A stretch of 64,000 bases of DNA. Origin: Parasitella parasitica NRRL 2501. Lineage: Eukaryota; Fungi; Mucoromycota. The position numbers and the translations under genes are program-made. Shown one piece after another: positions 26,811-38,869 of this stretch (its first letter is position 1; each line of letters opens with the position of its first letter). The notes beneath the pieces were generated by a model. That model was not told where the DNA came from and searched no databases. It saw nothing but the letters and a program-made list of their open reading frames with translations. The stretch spans positions 60,541 to 124,540 of the forward strand of contig MU619287.1 in assembly GCA_025201805.1 (NCBI GenBank), read 5' to 3'.

Positions 26811-29215
26811 CTACCATTGTTCCATCATGTGCTCAATGTCTCGAAGATGAAAGTATGTTTTAGCAAATTCCGAACAGCTGACAGAAACATCCCATTGCAA
26901 GTAAGTCAAAAAGACTCGTTCGATATTGTTGCTACATAGAGAATCCGATTAAGTATGTTTTTTTTATCGCATACAACCAAAATCTTCTTACATCACATCC
27001 AAGCTTAATTCGGGGAAAATCATGGCAAAATCAGCATTGAAAATAGCGCAATCGTCCCATACTTTTACTGCAGTTAACAAAGCGGCCATAATGATCATTC
27101 GCCAGCTAAAGTCCCAGAGTTTTTGCTTTGACAGCTCCAGCATACGCTTAACATAAATAAAAGTAATGATTGCATGCTCTGCATTCAGCTATCAGAACGT
27201 TTACTTTCAATAAATAGAGATGTTCCGAGTGCATCAACGCCTTACCTCACCACAGTCAAACACATACGCCAGTTGATCATACACATCGTTCCACTCAGTC
27301 AGAGGCTCATTCAGATCATAGCAATTGGTATCTTCCATGTTGGATTCATTTTCGTCAAAAATAACATTGCAATCAAACTCATTCAAGCTATGGTTTCGTT
27401 TGATGATACTGTAAAATGCCCATGATACACTAGAGGCAGTACTAGTTTAGAGTAATTCATAGATGGCTCAAAATATGCTTACCTTTTCAGTGTATTTTCT
27501 ACTTTATCTCGGCTTTTTTGTGCTTCGTGGAATGATTGCTGCCACTGAATGTCATAGTCTTTGATATTAGAGTAAACTGATGTTGATTTCTTGTATGTCT
27601 TGATGTCCTCAATATCCAAATGTAGCTTCTTATTGATGGGCCTTGGAATGCTACTACGCTGGGTTGGCAGCTGCTTTCCGACACACACATATGGAATGCT
27701 GTCTTGCAAACTGCTCATGTTTCCTTCAGTTCGACTTGCACGCACAACAGCAGCAGTAGCAGCAGCAGCAGCAGTGCCCCTCAGACCATCATCCAATGAA
27801 GGCGACCAAGCCCCATGCTTGTAATCAAGAAATGCGCACGCCTGTTTCGAGACTCGTTTCGATAAAAGATCCTCCTCCTTTTTTCCTTCTTGAGCCGCAA
27901 AATAGTCTTGATATTCTTGTGATCTCTCCCAAATGTCATCCAGTAATTTGTCAAACTGCTGCGATTGTGTTGAATCCCCATCCCAATAAGATGAATAATC
28001 CACTTTGCGGTTAAAGCTGCTGTGCGACGGGATAAATTGGACATCACTGATGTCTGGAGAGTTGGAGCCATGTGAAACAGTATCCTTGAAAGTTGCGTCC
28101 TCTTTGCTTTGTACAGCCAGGTCCAAAGGCGATTTCTGCTCAATATCTTTAATGCTCCCTAGCTTTTCCTCTTCTGATGTTGCTGATGTTAACGATGAGA
28201 ATGAGCGGCATGCTGTCTATCCATTAAAGTAAGCGAGAGTCTTTTGTGAGGCAGAATAAATCTAACAATGTTAAGTTACCTTTTCGCTAGGCGGTGTAAA
28301 GGATGATGTTTGCTCTTTACTCAGAGATAGATGATGCTGAACAGAGAACGTCTTTCTGAGTTGGCTTATCGACGTCTTTTTTTTGAAGGCTTTCTTCATA
28401 GAGTTGCTCAGCTGGATGAATATAGTCGAAATACTGCGTCCTATTGACCTACTGTCTCTGGAAGCAATAGTCGTAATCACACTGTGGCTATGGTTGTCGA
28501 GGGGCAATGTATTGGAACGTACATTCTCAGCAGCAGCAGCAGCAGTAGCAGCAGCGGGGGCAGGTGAGGATGAATTAGTTTCTATTTGATTTTGGCCTTC
28601 AAAGAACGTGGATGTCAAGGGTGTCAAAGACTCCTCGATCAATGATAGTGTACTGCTATCTGGTATTAAAGGTGGGGTATCTAAAAGGTCAATCATACTT
28701 TTGAAGGACACGGGTAGCTGTGAGAATGGCTGTTTGGAAGTGGCTACTGCGTCCGCCACATTATCGTTTATTGGTGTATATAAGGATTCATCATCTTCTT
28801 TACTGGAAAGAGTCGATCTTGAAGAATTTGCCAACAAAAGGGGAGGCTGGTGATTCTCCTCGATTTTATCGGAAATTTCAGTCGCTGGCATAGGCGTAAC
28901 TACAGATTTTGGTTTCAATGAGAATGAGCGAGTGGCCCAAGAACGAAGCGTGGTTTTATTCGATTGATGTTGGAGCTTGTTTTCGTTATTATTGACGGCA
29001 ATACGAGATGAAATGATCCACGAGGAAATCATGTCCAGCATCAAGCGCTTGGCATGATCGGGCAGGATTTGACTTAGTGCTGAATCAAAGTCGGGCACAG
29101 CATTTTCAAAAGTCAGGAGCATATCATGAGGGATTACGGGGATTGCACTGGTATTTGTACGATGTTGCTGTTGTTCGTTTATTGCCGAACTTGTTTTTGA
29201 ACGAGTCAAAAACAT
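26811..29215 (-). CDS. Cyclin Y-like protein with long disordered N-terminus (multi-exon)
   Basis: Spliced C-terminal cyclin box LNAEHAIITFIYVKRML..SWRMIIMAALLTAVKVWDDCAIFNADF..DV|NNIERVFLTYLQWDVSV..FAKTYFHLR, matching the cyclin Y type. Confidence 0.8.
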
Positions 29216-29330
29216 TGTGTGTCAGCTTTGTAAGGAGTGCGAAGGGTGAATGGAAGGAAAGAAATGAAGACGATACCTAGAGAATGTTTATATATGCTGT
29301 GGAATTTTATGTATTAGGGTGTGGACTGGC

Positions 29331-30710
29331 TCAAAGATATACATAGCGAGGTTTCTTTTGATTTTCTTCATCGTTGTTATTGCTCTTATTAGCATTGCTA
29401 AGGGCCTCAAAAGAACGTTTCTGTAAAGCCAAAAGTAAGTCAGTAGCAAATCAACACCACGCCTTGCCAGCAATACAATCTCAATACCTTGGCATGCTCC
29501 TCTTCCTTTGTTAATGACTTGATGCCAATGCCCATTTTGTCCAGTGCTTCTCTTGAAAGTACCGTCCCTACGATACCCGGCAGTGTTTTTCGTCAGCGAC
29601 TAGACGCATGTAAAACACATCATCGTACTTACTCGGGGAGTCTTCCTTGATTCCTTTGACTTTTCGGATCATTTCAGCACCGGGATCTCTTCGACCTTTT
29701 AAAAATTCCCTATAAATTCTGCATGTCAAAGGGATTTTGAATCGCATATAGGAAATTTTAAATACTACGTTAATTCTTCTTTTTCAGCTGCTGTGGGTTC
29801 TCGCTTTGGTGCCTGCGGCTTTTTGATTAAACTGCCATCTACAGCCACAAGGCCTCTTCCTTTGAGATAATACGCTTCCTTGTCTTTGCTAGGTCTCTTT
29901 GCAGAAAACAGCTTTGCAGTTGGATCCGCTCTCCTTTCTCGCTTGGACTCGTACAGAATGGAGCCATCAGATTGTCGTTTCTGAGTCGCCCAGCGAATAT
30001 CGAAACCACTGTCTCTGCAAAATTGTTATCAGTGGTGATTTTGCATCCTTTCTTTTTATATCCGCAGTGCTGTTAAATACTAACCCTCCTGCCAACTCCA
30101 TTCGGCCATTTTTTGAATAATTGCAAACCCTTTCTAAATGTTTATCGCAGTAATCACCAGAGCGACTTGGTTATTTTAAATCATGTCAATTCCTGCATTC
30201 TACTAGCCTGCATATTTACAGCTTACACGTCAGTCCATTCTGTGCATTGGACATCTTTTCTGATAAAGCTGCTGCACTGAGCTAGATCCAAGCTTTGGCC
30301 TATAACCCAAAATTGGTTCAAGCGATCAACGTGCAAACCAATAGAGTGGTGTGTTTCTGTGGGCTTGAGCAAAATTGGCCTCTTGATCGCAACGACTGAA
30401 CCCATGCCGATTGCAGCCTCATTTTTAGCATACGCATTTCCAGTGATGTACAGGTTGGAATATGACCCTCGCATATCTGTGATCCGAGTAACGCAGAAGT
30501 CTGACTGGGGAAAGCATTTGTCAATGACACCCACTGTTCCCCAGTCTGACGACGGCTTCACTCCCACACTGATTGAAAAGAACTGTCTTGTTCGACTCTC
30601 GACATTCCGGATAGCCACATATTCTATATTTCGTAAGCCTGTATTGCATTTTGCTTCCGATACAAGACGCCGTCTGTTATTCGTTTGAAAATTACAGGTT
30701 AGCAATTTGT
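29331..30710 (-). CDS. MCM10: DNA replication factor MCM10 (5' end lies in the assembly gap)
   Basis: OB fold (DWGTVGVI, ITDM, GSVVAIKRP, VIGQSLDL) followed by CCCH zinc finger C..RKDVQC..WTD|..DYCDKH. Confidence 0.82.
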
Positions 30711-30738
30711 ATTCCTCTTTTTTTTTTTTTTTTTTTTT

Positions 30739-30983
30739 NNNNNNNNNNNNNNNNNNNNNNNNNNNNNNNNNNNNNNNNNNNNNNNNNNNNNNNNNNNNNN
30801 NNNNNNNNNNNNNNNNNNNNNNNNNNNNNNNNNNNNNNNNNNNNNNNNNNNNNNNNNNNNNNNNNNNNNNNNNNNNNNNNNNNNNNNNNNNNNNNNNNNN
30901 NNNNNNNNNNNNNNNNNNNNNNNNNNNNNNNNNNNNNNNNNNNNNNNNNNNNNNNNNNNNNNNNNNNNNNNNNNNNNNNNNNN
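30739..30983. other. Assembly gap (N run)
   Basis: Run of N flanked by poly-T. Confidence 1.
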
Positions 30984-31188
30984 TTTTTTCAGGTGTTCGA
31001 AATTGTTCAAATCGCGTACATTATCCAATCAGTTTTGTATGTTCCTTATTGCCATGCTGGTAGTAAAAGGTCTCGATTTAAAAGAGGCATGAAAATTTAT
31101 TAAAATGAAATATATGTGTATTATTTAAAGCATGTTACAGAATCACTCATCATCAAGCCAAGCTATATCACAGGTCGGTTGATGTTTG

Positions 31189-31825
31189 TTAGGTAGGTTG
31201 TTCATTGCCAACTGTGCCATCTGGAGAGCAAGCTGCTGAACTAGCATCATTTGGCGAATCATGATCATTATCATTAGAAGAACCAGGGCAATTAGTTGGG
31301 TAAGCAGGGACATCGTTTGGTAAAGCAGCATTTGACGAAATTGACTCATCGTCTGGAAAGCTGTCGTTGGCTTGCATAACGGCTGGATCATCAGGCATAA
31401 TTGCAGGCCATAAATACGTATCTAGTGACAAACATGTTAAAAGGATTTTATGTCACGGAATAGCTGGTGCTTACCCATTGTCTCTGGTGCAATCAGATAC
31501 TTGATAATCAACGGTGTCATTCTGTTGGCATGCTATATGCGTTAATAAAGCGTTAATCACCCTCTTTGTCTCTTTGCAAAGAATTCTAGCATTTCTGTGC
31601 CTACCTCGAAATGTGCCTCTACCTCCTGCAGTTTCTCTCTTGTTTTTGGCAAATCAATCATGACCACTATATCCACAGCACTCAAGCAGAAGCTGATGTC
31701 TTGCAATTTCATATCCACAAGCACATATTGCTCAGTGCGACTTGCATTGTACTTTGCAACATTGTCTTTCAGATCTTGCAAAAATTTTAAATGGGCACTT
31801 TTAATCTATAACTATACTTGGTAGC

Positions 31826-31883
<58 letters not shown>

Positions 31884-33834
31884 TTTAGAAAAAAGAAAAA
31901 AAAATACCTTTTTCTTCATCATGGCTCCCAAAATGCCAAGAATAGTGGTATTGTCATAATAGGCTATGGCTATCTTGGGACGTTTGTACGTAAAAAAGAC
32001 GTGCTCGATATACTCCAGGATAGCATCTTTTTTCGCGTCATTTGTCAATCTAAGCTGTGATTTATCATGTCAGTTGACTACGTGTCATCCTAAACAATCG
32101 AAATGTATACTTGCCAAGTTGTGCTTTTTTACATAGTCATCGAAATCACATTCATCCGATTGCAACGCCATGAAATGTGTTTGAAATTCTCGTTTGATCT
32201 TTGGTTTAATGGTGACAATAATTTCATCTCGGAGTGTATGCGGATACTCGGATTTCATCTCGACGCTTCTCGGGCAGTACCAGATCTTTTTGTTCATGAA
32301 AAAGTCGAATTCCTCTACATTAGATCGGCCATTGACCATCCAGCCAAACACAGTGCTCTTGGGGTTGCAGTAACGTTGAGTGTACAGTTCCAAATCCTTG
32401 TGTAATTCTTGGTCGATGGTATTGATAATTGTGTACAAGTCAATGGGTAATGAATAGAGGGCCGTGTCGGATAATATAATTGCTCTGGGCGTCTTCTTCA
32501 TCAAGGAGCAGAGATTCCTTGGAAGATTTAGCTGTAAAAATAAGTTAGATCGCTGCCATAGTGCTGTTTACAGAACACGTACATCTTTTGATTTCAAATA
32601 ATGGCCAGCATCACATATCATCACGTTGAATCGTTGATCAGCAATCTTGGTAATGTTGTTGGATATCTTTTTATGGCTTGCAATGTAGAATTTCACGGGG
32701 CTTCTGTTGAGTATTTCATAGACATCGGCATCGGTGACCTCTTCCTTGATGTCCTCTTCCTCTGATGATCCTTCATCGCTGACATAGTCAGGGTTTTCCA
32801 ACCTCATCTTCATTTTTTTGGCATAGGGCTGTCGTACTCGAAGACTGGAGGCCTCCTTGTTCTTTGCAGGCTTTTTTGGCGCTGGTCTTTTTCTCTTCAT
32901 AACCACAGGGTTCTTTTTGAAGAGCTCTTTCAAGTTGCTATCCAAAATGCATACTTCCTCGTCTTCAAGATCAAGGAAATTCTGTATTTTTTCTTTCCAA
33001 GTGCTGCACAGGATCCCAGGACATGTCAACAGCACGGGCCCCTCATCCTTGTACACATTAGCAAGTGCCAGTGCTTGTTCCTTCATTCCAATTCCATTTT
33101 CATTTCCCATGAAAATACGACCCCTCCTTTCAATTCCCAACCGCACGCCCTCTTGCTGAAAGCGGTTTAATCGAGCTCGCATGGGTGATTCCACAAATTC
33201 GCACCATTTCAGCTCAATTTCACTCACTCTACTGGGGTCGTCTACCGGCTTGTCAGGATGCAGTAGGCTTATCAGAGACTTTGGAATGGGGTCGATTTCT
33301 ATGTGGATGTTTGGCAGATTTGTTGGCAGTGCTCTCATGGCATCGTTGTAAATCCGCATCGACGCTGGAATGGTCCACAGTTGCTTGTCTTTGTCCCATT
33401 GAACGCCCGCTATTTTCTTGATGAGAGGATCAATGGTCAAGTTCTTTTGCACTTTGATAGTGATGCAGTTTGCAGAGATGAGACTAAACACGACTTTTAC
33501 TGTTGTACGTGGCAGTGTGATTTCTTTGCTGGGAGTTCTGTAGTAGAAAGGCATAGATGCTGGACGGGAGATGCTTGCCAATGTGTTTGACGCTTCGTAA
33601 GCTTCTACTGGATGCCGGATGAAGGGCATCGCCGAATTGTCCCATTTGAAATAACGGCAGGTGCCTGTCGAGCACTATTGTTGATTAGAAACTACAACTT
33701 TAGAACGTTTGCAAACAAAACAAAAAAAAAAAAAAAAATTATACCTTCCAGTACCAACGACCTCTGTTTTCACCAGGTGTTTTTACTTCCAAGCAAAATG
33801 GGGGCAAGCCACAGCGACAATTCTCTTTAGGCAT
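31189..33834 (-). CDS. GRF-zinc-finger + HARP + SNF2-like (SMARCAL1/HARP-related) protein with degenerate ATPase motifs
   Basis: Exons 1-2: MPKENCRCGL..VKTPGENRGRWYWK|CSTGTCRYFKWD (zf-GRF). HARP-like LIKKIAGVQWDKDKQLWTIP. SNF2 lobe LNRFQQEGVRLGIERRGRIFM, ICDAGHYLK, LPIDLYTII. C-terminal IIKYLIAPETM|DTYLWPAI resembles SMARCAL1. Confidence 0.8.
31828..31883. repeat. (CT/GA)n microsatellite within an intron of the SNF2-like gene
   Basis: Long CT dinucleotide run. Confidence 0.95.
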
Positions 33835-34232
33835 GCTTTGCTATTGTTTGTGCAAGGAAGATAAAGGAGCATTGGAAAAATGTCAAATCTACAGGCTTTT
33901 TTCAACACATGTTCAATAACCGACAATTCAAAGCTTTTTTTTTTGGGGGGTGGGGCGGCGGCGGGGGGCAATCAATCAGGGTGGAAAGGCTCACTAAATT
34001 ATGATTGGGCTCGAGTAAAAAACGCTGCACCTGGATCAACTGGTTATCAGCAAGTTTTATGCTTGGGAGTGGGGCTAATTTATCATGCAACCGACTCTAC
34101 TTCTTTATGGGATTTGATAGATCATTTACAGCAAGCAATTTTGATGTGACTTGAAAAAAGCAAAATGTTGTTATGGAAGCACCTTTTTAATCTTTGTTCA
34201 AATACTCTGGACAAAAACAGTTTCCATAATAG

Positions 34233-37200
34233 ATGTCTTTATCATCCATTTCAAGCTTTGGTGAGGGGGGAGGCTACGGTCCAACAAAGCAGCGCCGTCA
34301 GCTAACATTGCAGTTTTAGATGAGAACGCCTACTGCTATCTATTGTCAAATATAAGCCCTCAGACCGACAGAGACTCCTTGTGGAGGGTGTTTGGCGCTT
34401 TTGGCCCCATCGTACAGCTCGAAATGAAAACGGGGCCATTGAGCAAGGCAGCCATTATTTACAAGTAAGCACATGCATCACTGAAACCATCTGCTCCAAG
34501 CTGAATGCCTTTGAAGCTCGCAGCCTTCAGACCATCTGTTTACGCAAAAGATCTACATTGACAATCGCCTTATACCCATTGTTCCGCTTCGGATATCCGA
34601 GTACATTGCCGATTTCAGCAGACCTATACCAGTGAATACGCTTTCTCTTGGAGGCCTAGAGACGCCTCGCTTGTTTATCGAAGAATGGTCGACAGACCAA
34701 TACGTGACATTCGACCTCAACCTGAACGACCAGTACATTGACATATTCTTCCAGCATGTGGATGGCTACTACCGATTACGTATAGTGTACGACGACGACC
34801 ATCTGCGAAACAATGTTATACTGCAGCGACATGACAACAAAACATCGCTTACCTTGAGCGGCAAATACCCAGCGTATTTCTGGAAGTCAAGGATCCCAAT
34901 GGAGACGCTTGGCGACACATACTACATGAGAGAGTGGGAGCGAGTGACGGAAATCCCACTGGATGGGTTTGCGCAAGACATGGTGCGCCAAAAGGCAGCG
35001 ACAAGCAGTGGCAGTGCGGAAGGCAAAGGTCCCATCCTACCCGGTGGGCAGTATCCAGAGCATCACATGAAGCTTAGCATGTGGACCGTATACCGCCTGG
35101 AGTTTGACATCCCACTGAGCAACAAAAGGAATCCAGCATCGCTCTCGCCCAATAATTTGACGCACGAGTCGCTGGAACACAGGCTAAATCTGGCTATTGG
35201 CCAGCATCGACAGCCCGCCATGGAGCAGATCCACGTCAGATCGCCAACCAAGACCATTGACTTTGAGAGACAAATCTCAGGTATGTCCTTTGAGGTACGT
35301 TATATGATGGAGCACGCTTTCCGTCTCAAGATACTGCGAGAGTACAATGTGGACGGCGACTTTTTTCAAAAGATGCGAGATTTGCCGCCACAGGTAGCCT
35401 GTGTCTTTTTGACCCTGCTGTCGGCTCCCCAACAGCGTGTATACCATCCCGACACGGTAATCCACCACATCTACAGACTGTGCAAGGAGCAGATTGGCTT
35501 TCAGCTGTCTGTGCCCGAAGATCATGCAATGATGAGACGTGTGCTAGTGACGCCGACCTCGGTGTATCCATTGCAGCCCACTGTGGAGCCCATGAACAAC
35601 CTGCGGTATCACTTCAAGGAGTATGCAGACCGGTTTCTTTTTGTTCAGTTTACAGACGAAGACCTGAACCCTGTAGCGCCTCTGGACGACGGTGAGGATG
35701 ACACGTCTCAGAATGCAGCGTTACTTGATCGCATATACGCCATCTTGCGTCGCGGGCTGAGCGTTGCAGGAAGAGACTTTGAGTTCTTGAGCACATCGAT
35801 CCAGGACCTAAGAGTGCATGGATGCTGGTTCTTTGCACCGACAAAGCAGATAAACAGAAACCACATCATGGCCTGGCTGGGCGATTTTTCCGAAATAAAG
35901 AATATATCAACATTCATCAACTGCTCTGGACAGGTATACACAGGTTCTTTCACGGTAGCAGGCGCTCCCCATTAACCAACACGACGCTTTTTGTATAGTC
36001 TTTGTCGCCTCGATTAATGAATCTAAAGATCGACGCAGCTGATATCGAACAAGTAGAAGATCATGTCCACAACGGCCATGTCTTTACCACTGACTGCGGA
36101 AAGATGTCGGCCCAAATTGCAAGAGAGATAGCCAAGCACCTGGACATTGCATACACGCCCTCCGTGATCAAGTTCAACCTTAACGGTGCCCGGGGTATCC
36201 TCATGTTGTCCAACTTTCTGAGCAAGCGTAGGATACAACTGAGGTCAAGTCAAATCCGGTTCGAGAGTACGCAGCTCTGGTTGGAAGTGGTCAAATACGC
36301 AAAGCCCAACAAACTATATCTGAACGAACGCTCCATAACGCTGCTGTCGTCGCTGGGTGTCAACAATTATATCTTTCAAGAACTGCTCGAGGAAAACTTG
36401 GACTGTTGCGAAAAGTACCCCAACATTGACATGATGGACGTCCATTACTCCAATAGGCGCATGGACCATTTTAGACAGATCCTCGACTGCAAGTTTCAAG
36501 ACAAGCACGACCCGTTCATCACCAATTTAGCAGCTAGCTACCAAAACCATGTTCTTGGCTATCTTCGGGAGGGCAAGCTGTATATCCATCAAGGCGTCAG
36601 AGTGTTTGCCATTATGGACGAGACGGGGGTGCTGCAGCCTGGCGAGATATTTTTGCAAATCACAGACCCCTCTGGCTTGGCTGCCAATAGAAAAGTCATC
36701 GAGGGCCCCTGTGTCGTGTACAGAGAGTCATCGTGCTTTCCAGGCGATGTTCGTGTCATGGCTGCCATCAACTACCCGCAGCTTCGACATTACACCAATG
36801 TGTTGATATTCTCAGCAACAGATAAATACGATCTTCCGAGCATTTGTTCCAATGACGACCCAGACGAGGATAACTTTCAGTAAGTCTTTAGCAACGCTCT
36901 ATATTTGCAGCATGTTCACTGTTTACTGTTCACTGTTCACTCATCCCGTAGTATTACCTGGGATACTCGGCTACTGCCAGAAAAGCGCAGCGAGTACGCG
37001 AGAATCTATCAAACCGCAATGACGCCTCTGCAGTCAAAGAGAATTTCCTTCCGGGAGGCTGCCAAGTTTTTCACGACGTATATTTCCAAAGATAAATCCA
37101 GAAAGCTGCATGAAGCATTTATTGCAATAGCAGACCGACATAAAGACGGCGTGTTTAATGGTGATTGTATCTATCTCGCCCAGCAGATCTCAAGGGCATT

Positions 37201-38195
37201 AGGTAGTATCGGGGACATATAAACATGGAGTCGGTTTTATCTAACCTTTCAACCCCCCGATAGACTTTGCTAAAACTGGCATGTATGCTACCGTGAACAG
37301 CGATCTTGCGCACTATCCATATCCTGACTTTATGAAACAGCGACCTCTGAAAACATACAGCTCGACCAAGGCACTGGGCATCCTTTTCCGCGCTACTAAA
37401 ACCATGTATGACCGGCCACTTTCCAACACGCACTGTGCCTACGACACTCGGCTGTACGTACAAGACATGTACAAGTATATCGTTGAAGCGCGAAGAGCAA
37501 AAGCGAGGTACGACCACAGTTTGCGCCTCTTGCTCGGCCAATACTCTGTCAAGACTGAAGTCGAGTTCCTATCTGGCCATATCGTCGACTGGCCAAAGTA
37601 CCTTAACGAGCAGTACCGTCCTTTATTCCTGCAGCAAATCAAGGCCGCCTGCGTTCGCTTTAGAAAACACTGGAAGCAGATATTCGATGCACAATGGACG
37701 ACGGCCAGCCCTAGCAGCAATAATCAGGACCAGTCTGCGCAGATCGAAGCAAAGGCAGCAGCCTGGTATTACGTGACCTACCATCCCTCAGAGTACAAGA
37801 GCGCTATCATTTATAACAACACGCTACAGAGATACATGAGCTTCCCGTGGGTGGTGGAAAAGTATCTCATCTATATTGCTCACAAAAACGACACACGGCC
37901 AGATAGGCCCGAGTACAGCCAACCTATTCCTCCTCGCAAGATCCAAGAGCATGCAAAGCTGCATATGGGCCCTGAAACTGAAATCTATCTGGCCGAGTCA
38001 GATGAAGACGACGAATCCGACGAAGAAGAGGAGGGCGGCAGCAGTGAGGATGATGAAAAGACTGGAAGCAATCAGCACTCTGCAAGCTCGCGTGGCCTGA
38101 ATTTGTCTCGCCCTCCGCCCGCCCGCCATGAAGAAGCGGACCAAGTTCCTGTATCAAGTGTAGTAAAACTTGCAGATCTACTAGACTTGAAGTAA
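34233..38195 (+). CDS. Cellular RNA-dependent RNA polymerase (RNAi RdRP family) with N-terminal RRM-like region and atypical catalytic loop
   Basis: RdRP motifs RVLVTPT, ADRFLFVQFTDE, RDFEFL, GCWFFA, IMDETGVLQPGEIF, FPGDVR, CSNDDPDEDNF|HITWD, RAL|DFAKTG, YPDFM, AAAWYYVTY, SFPW; RRM-like exon 2 (LLSNISPQTDRDSLWRVFGAFGPIV). The 5' exon structure is approximate. Confidence 0.9.
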
Positions 38196-38869
38196 TAAAT
38201 CGTGCTTTTTTTTTTTGCAAGAGTTGAAAAGTTGAGCATCACCATTTAAAAAGAGTAATATCAAGGAACATTAGATGTTTACCTGCCGTCTAAAACGTGA
38301 CAAACGATTGCCCTGTGGTCAAAGCAGTACACTGACATGATTTCGTAGCCTTTGGCAGCATTTTATTTTTTTCGTCAAAATTTGTGATTTTTTCATGAGG
38401 GGGTATAAGAAAAAAAAATGGGATTTTCACAAAACGTGGTTTTTAAGCTGAAAAACGAAACATTTTACTATAGTATATATAGACCAAAATAAAGCCCCAA
38501 GATGTCCTCTTTTATTTGGTTTCTTTGTTTTTTTAGTCTACATTGTGCATTTTTGATTTATCCACAAAAAACGTATTTTTTGGTTTTTTGACAATTTCAG
38601 CATGTTCCACTTTGAATTTTAAACTGAAAAAAATAGAGATTTGTAGTTTGTGTCAAGACTCATATAAAACATTAGCACTACAAGTATAAATTATATGTGG
38701 GGCGGTGAGATAAAATGCTTTAAGTGTGATTAATTTTTACTTTTGGAAAAAAAAAGCCCAAAATCGGCATCATCCAGTACGAACAATACTATTTAAAACG
38801 CCGCAATTCATTCTGGTGCATTTAACATTTCAGAATTTTTTTTGTTTGCTGTTGTTTTATACATTTGCC

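Noticed and set aside
26244-31103. ORF-track entries full of X (26244-26756, 30651-31103, 30699-31028, 30707-31063)
   Set aside because: Artefacts of translation through N gaps.
34233-38195. RdRP as an endogenous RNA virus
   Set aside because: Motifs are of the cellular double-psi-barrel RNAi type, it has introns, and there is no viral GDD palm motif.
38340-38720. Possible MITE between RdRP and PIF1 (short inverted AT-rich matches)
   Set aside because: Inverted matches are only 9-12 bp of low complexity and no target-site duplication is evident.
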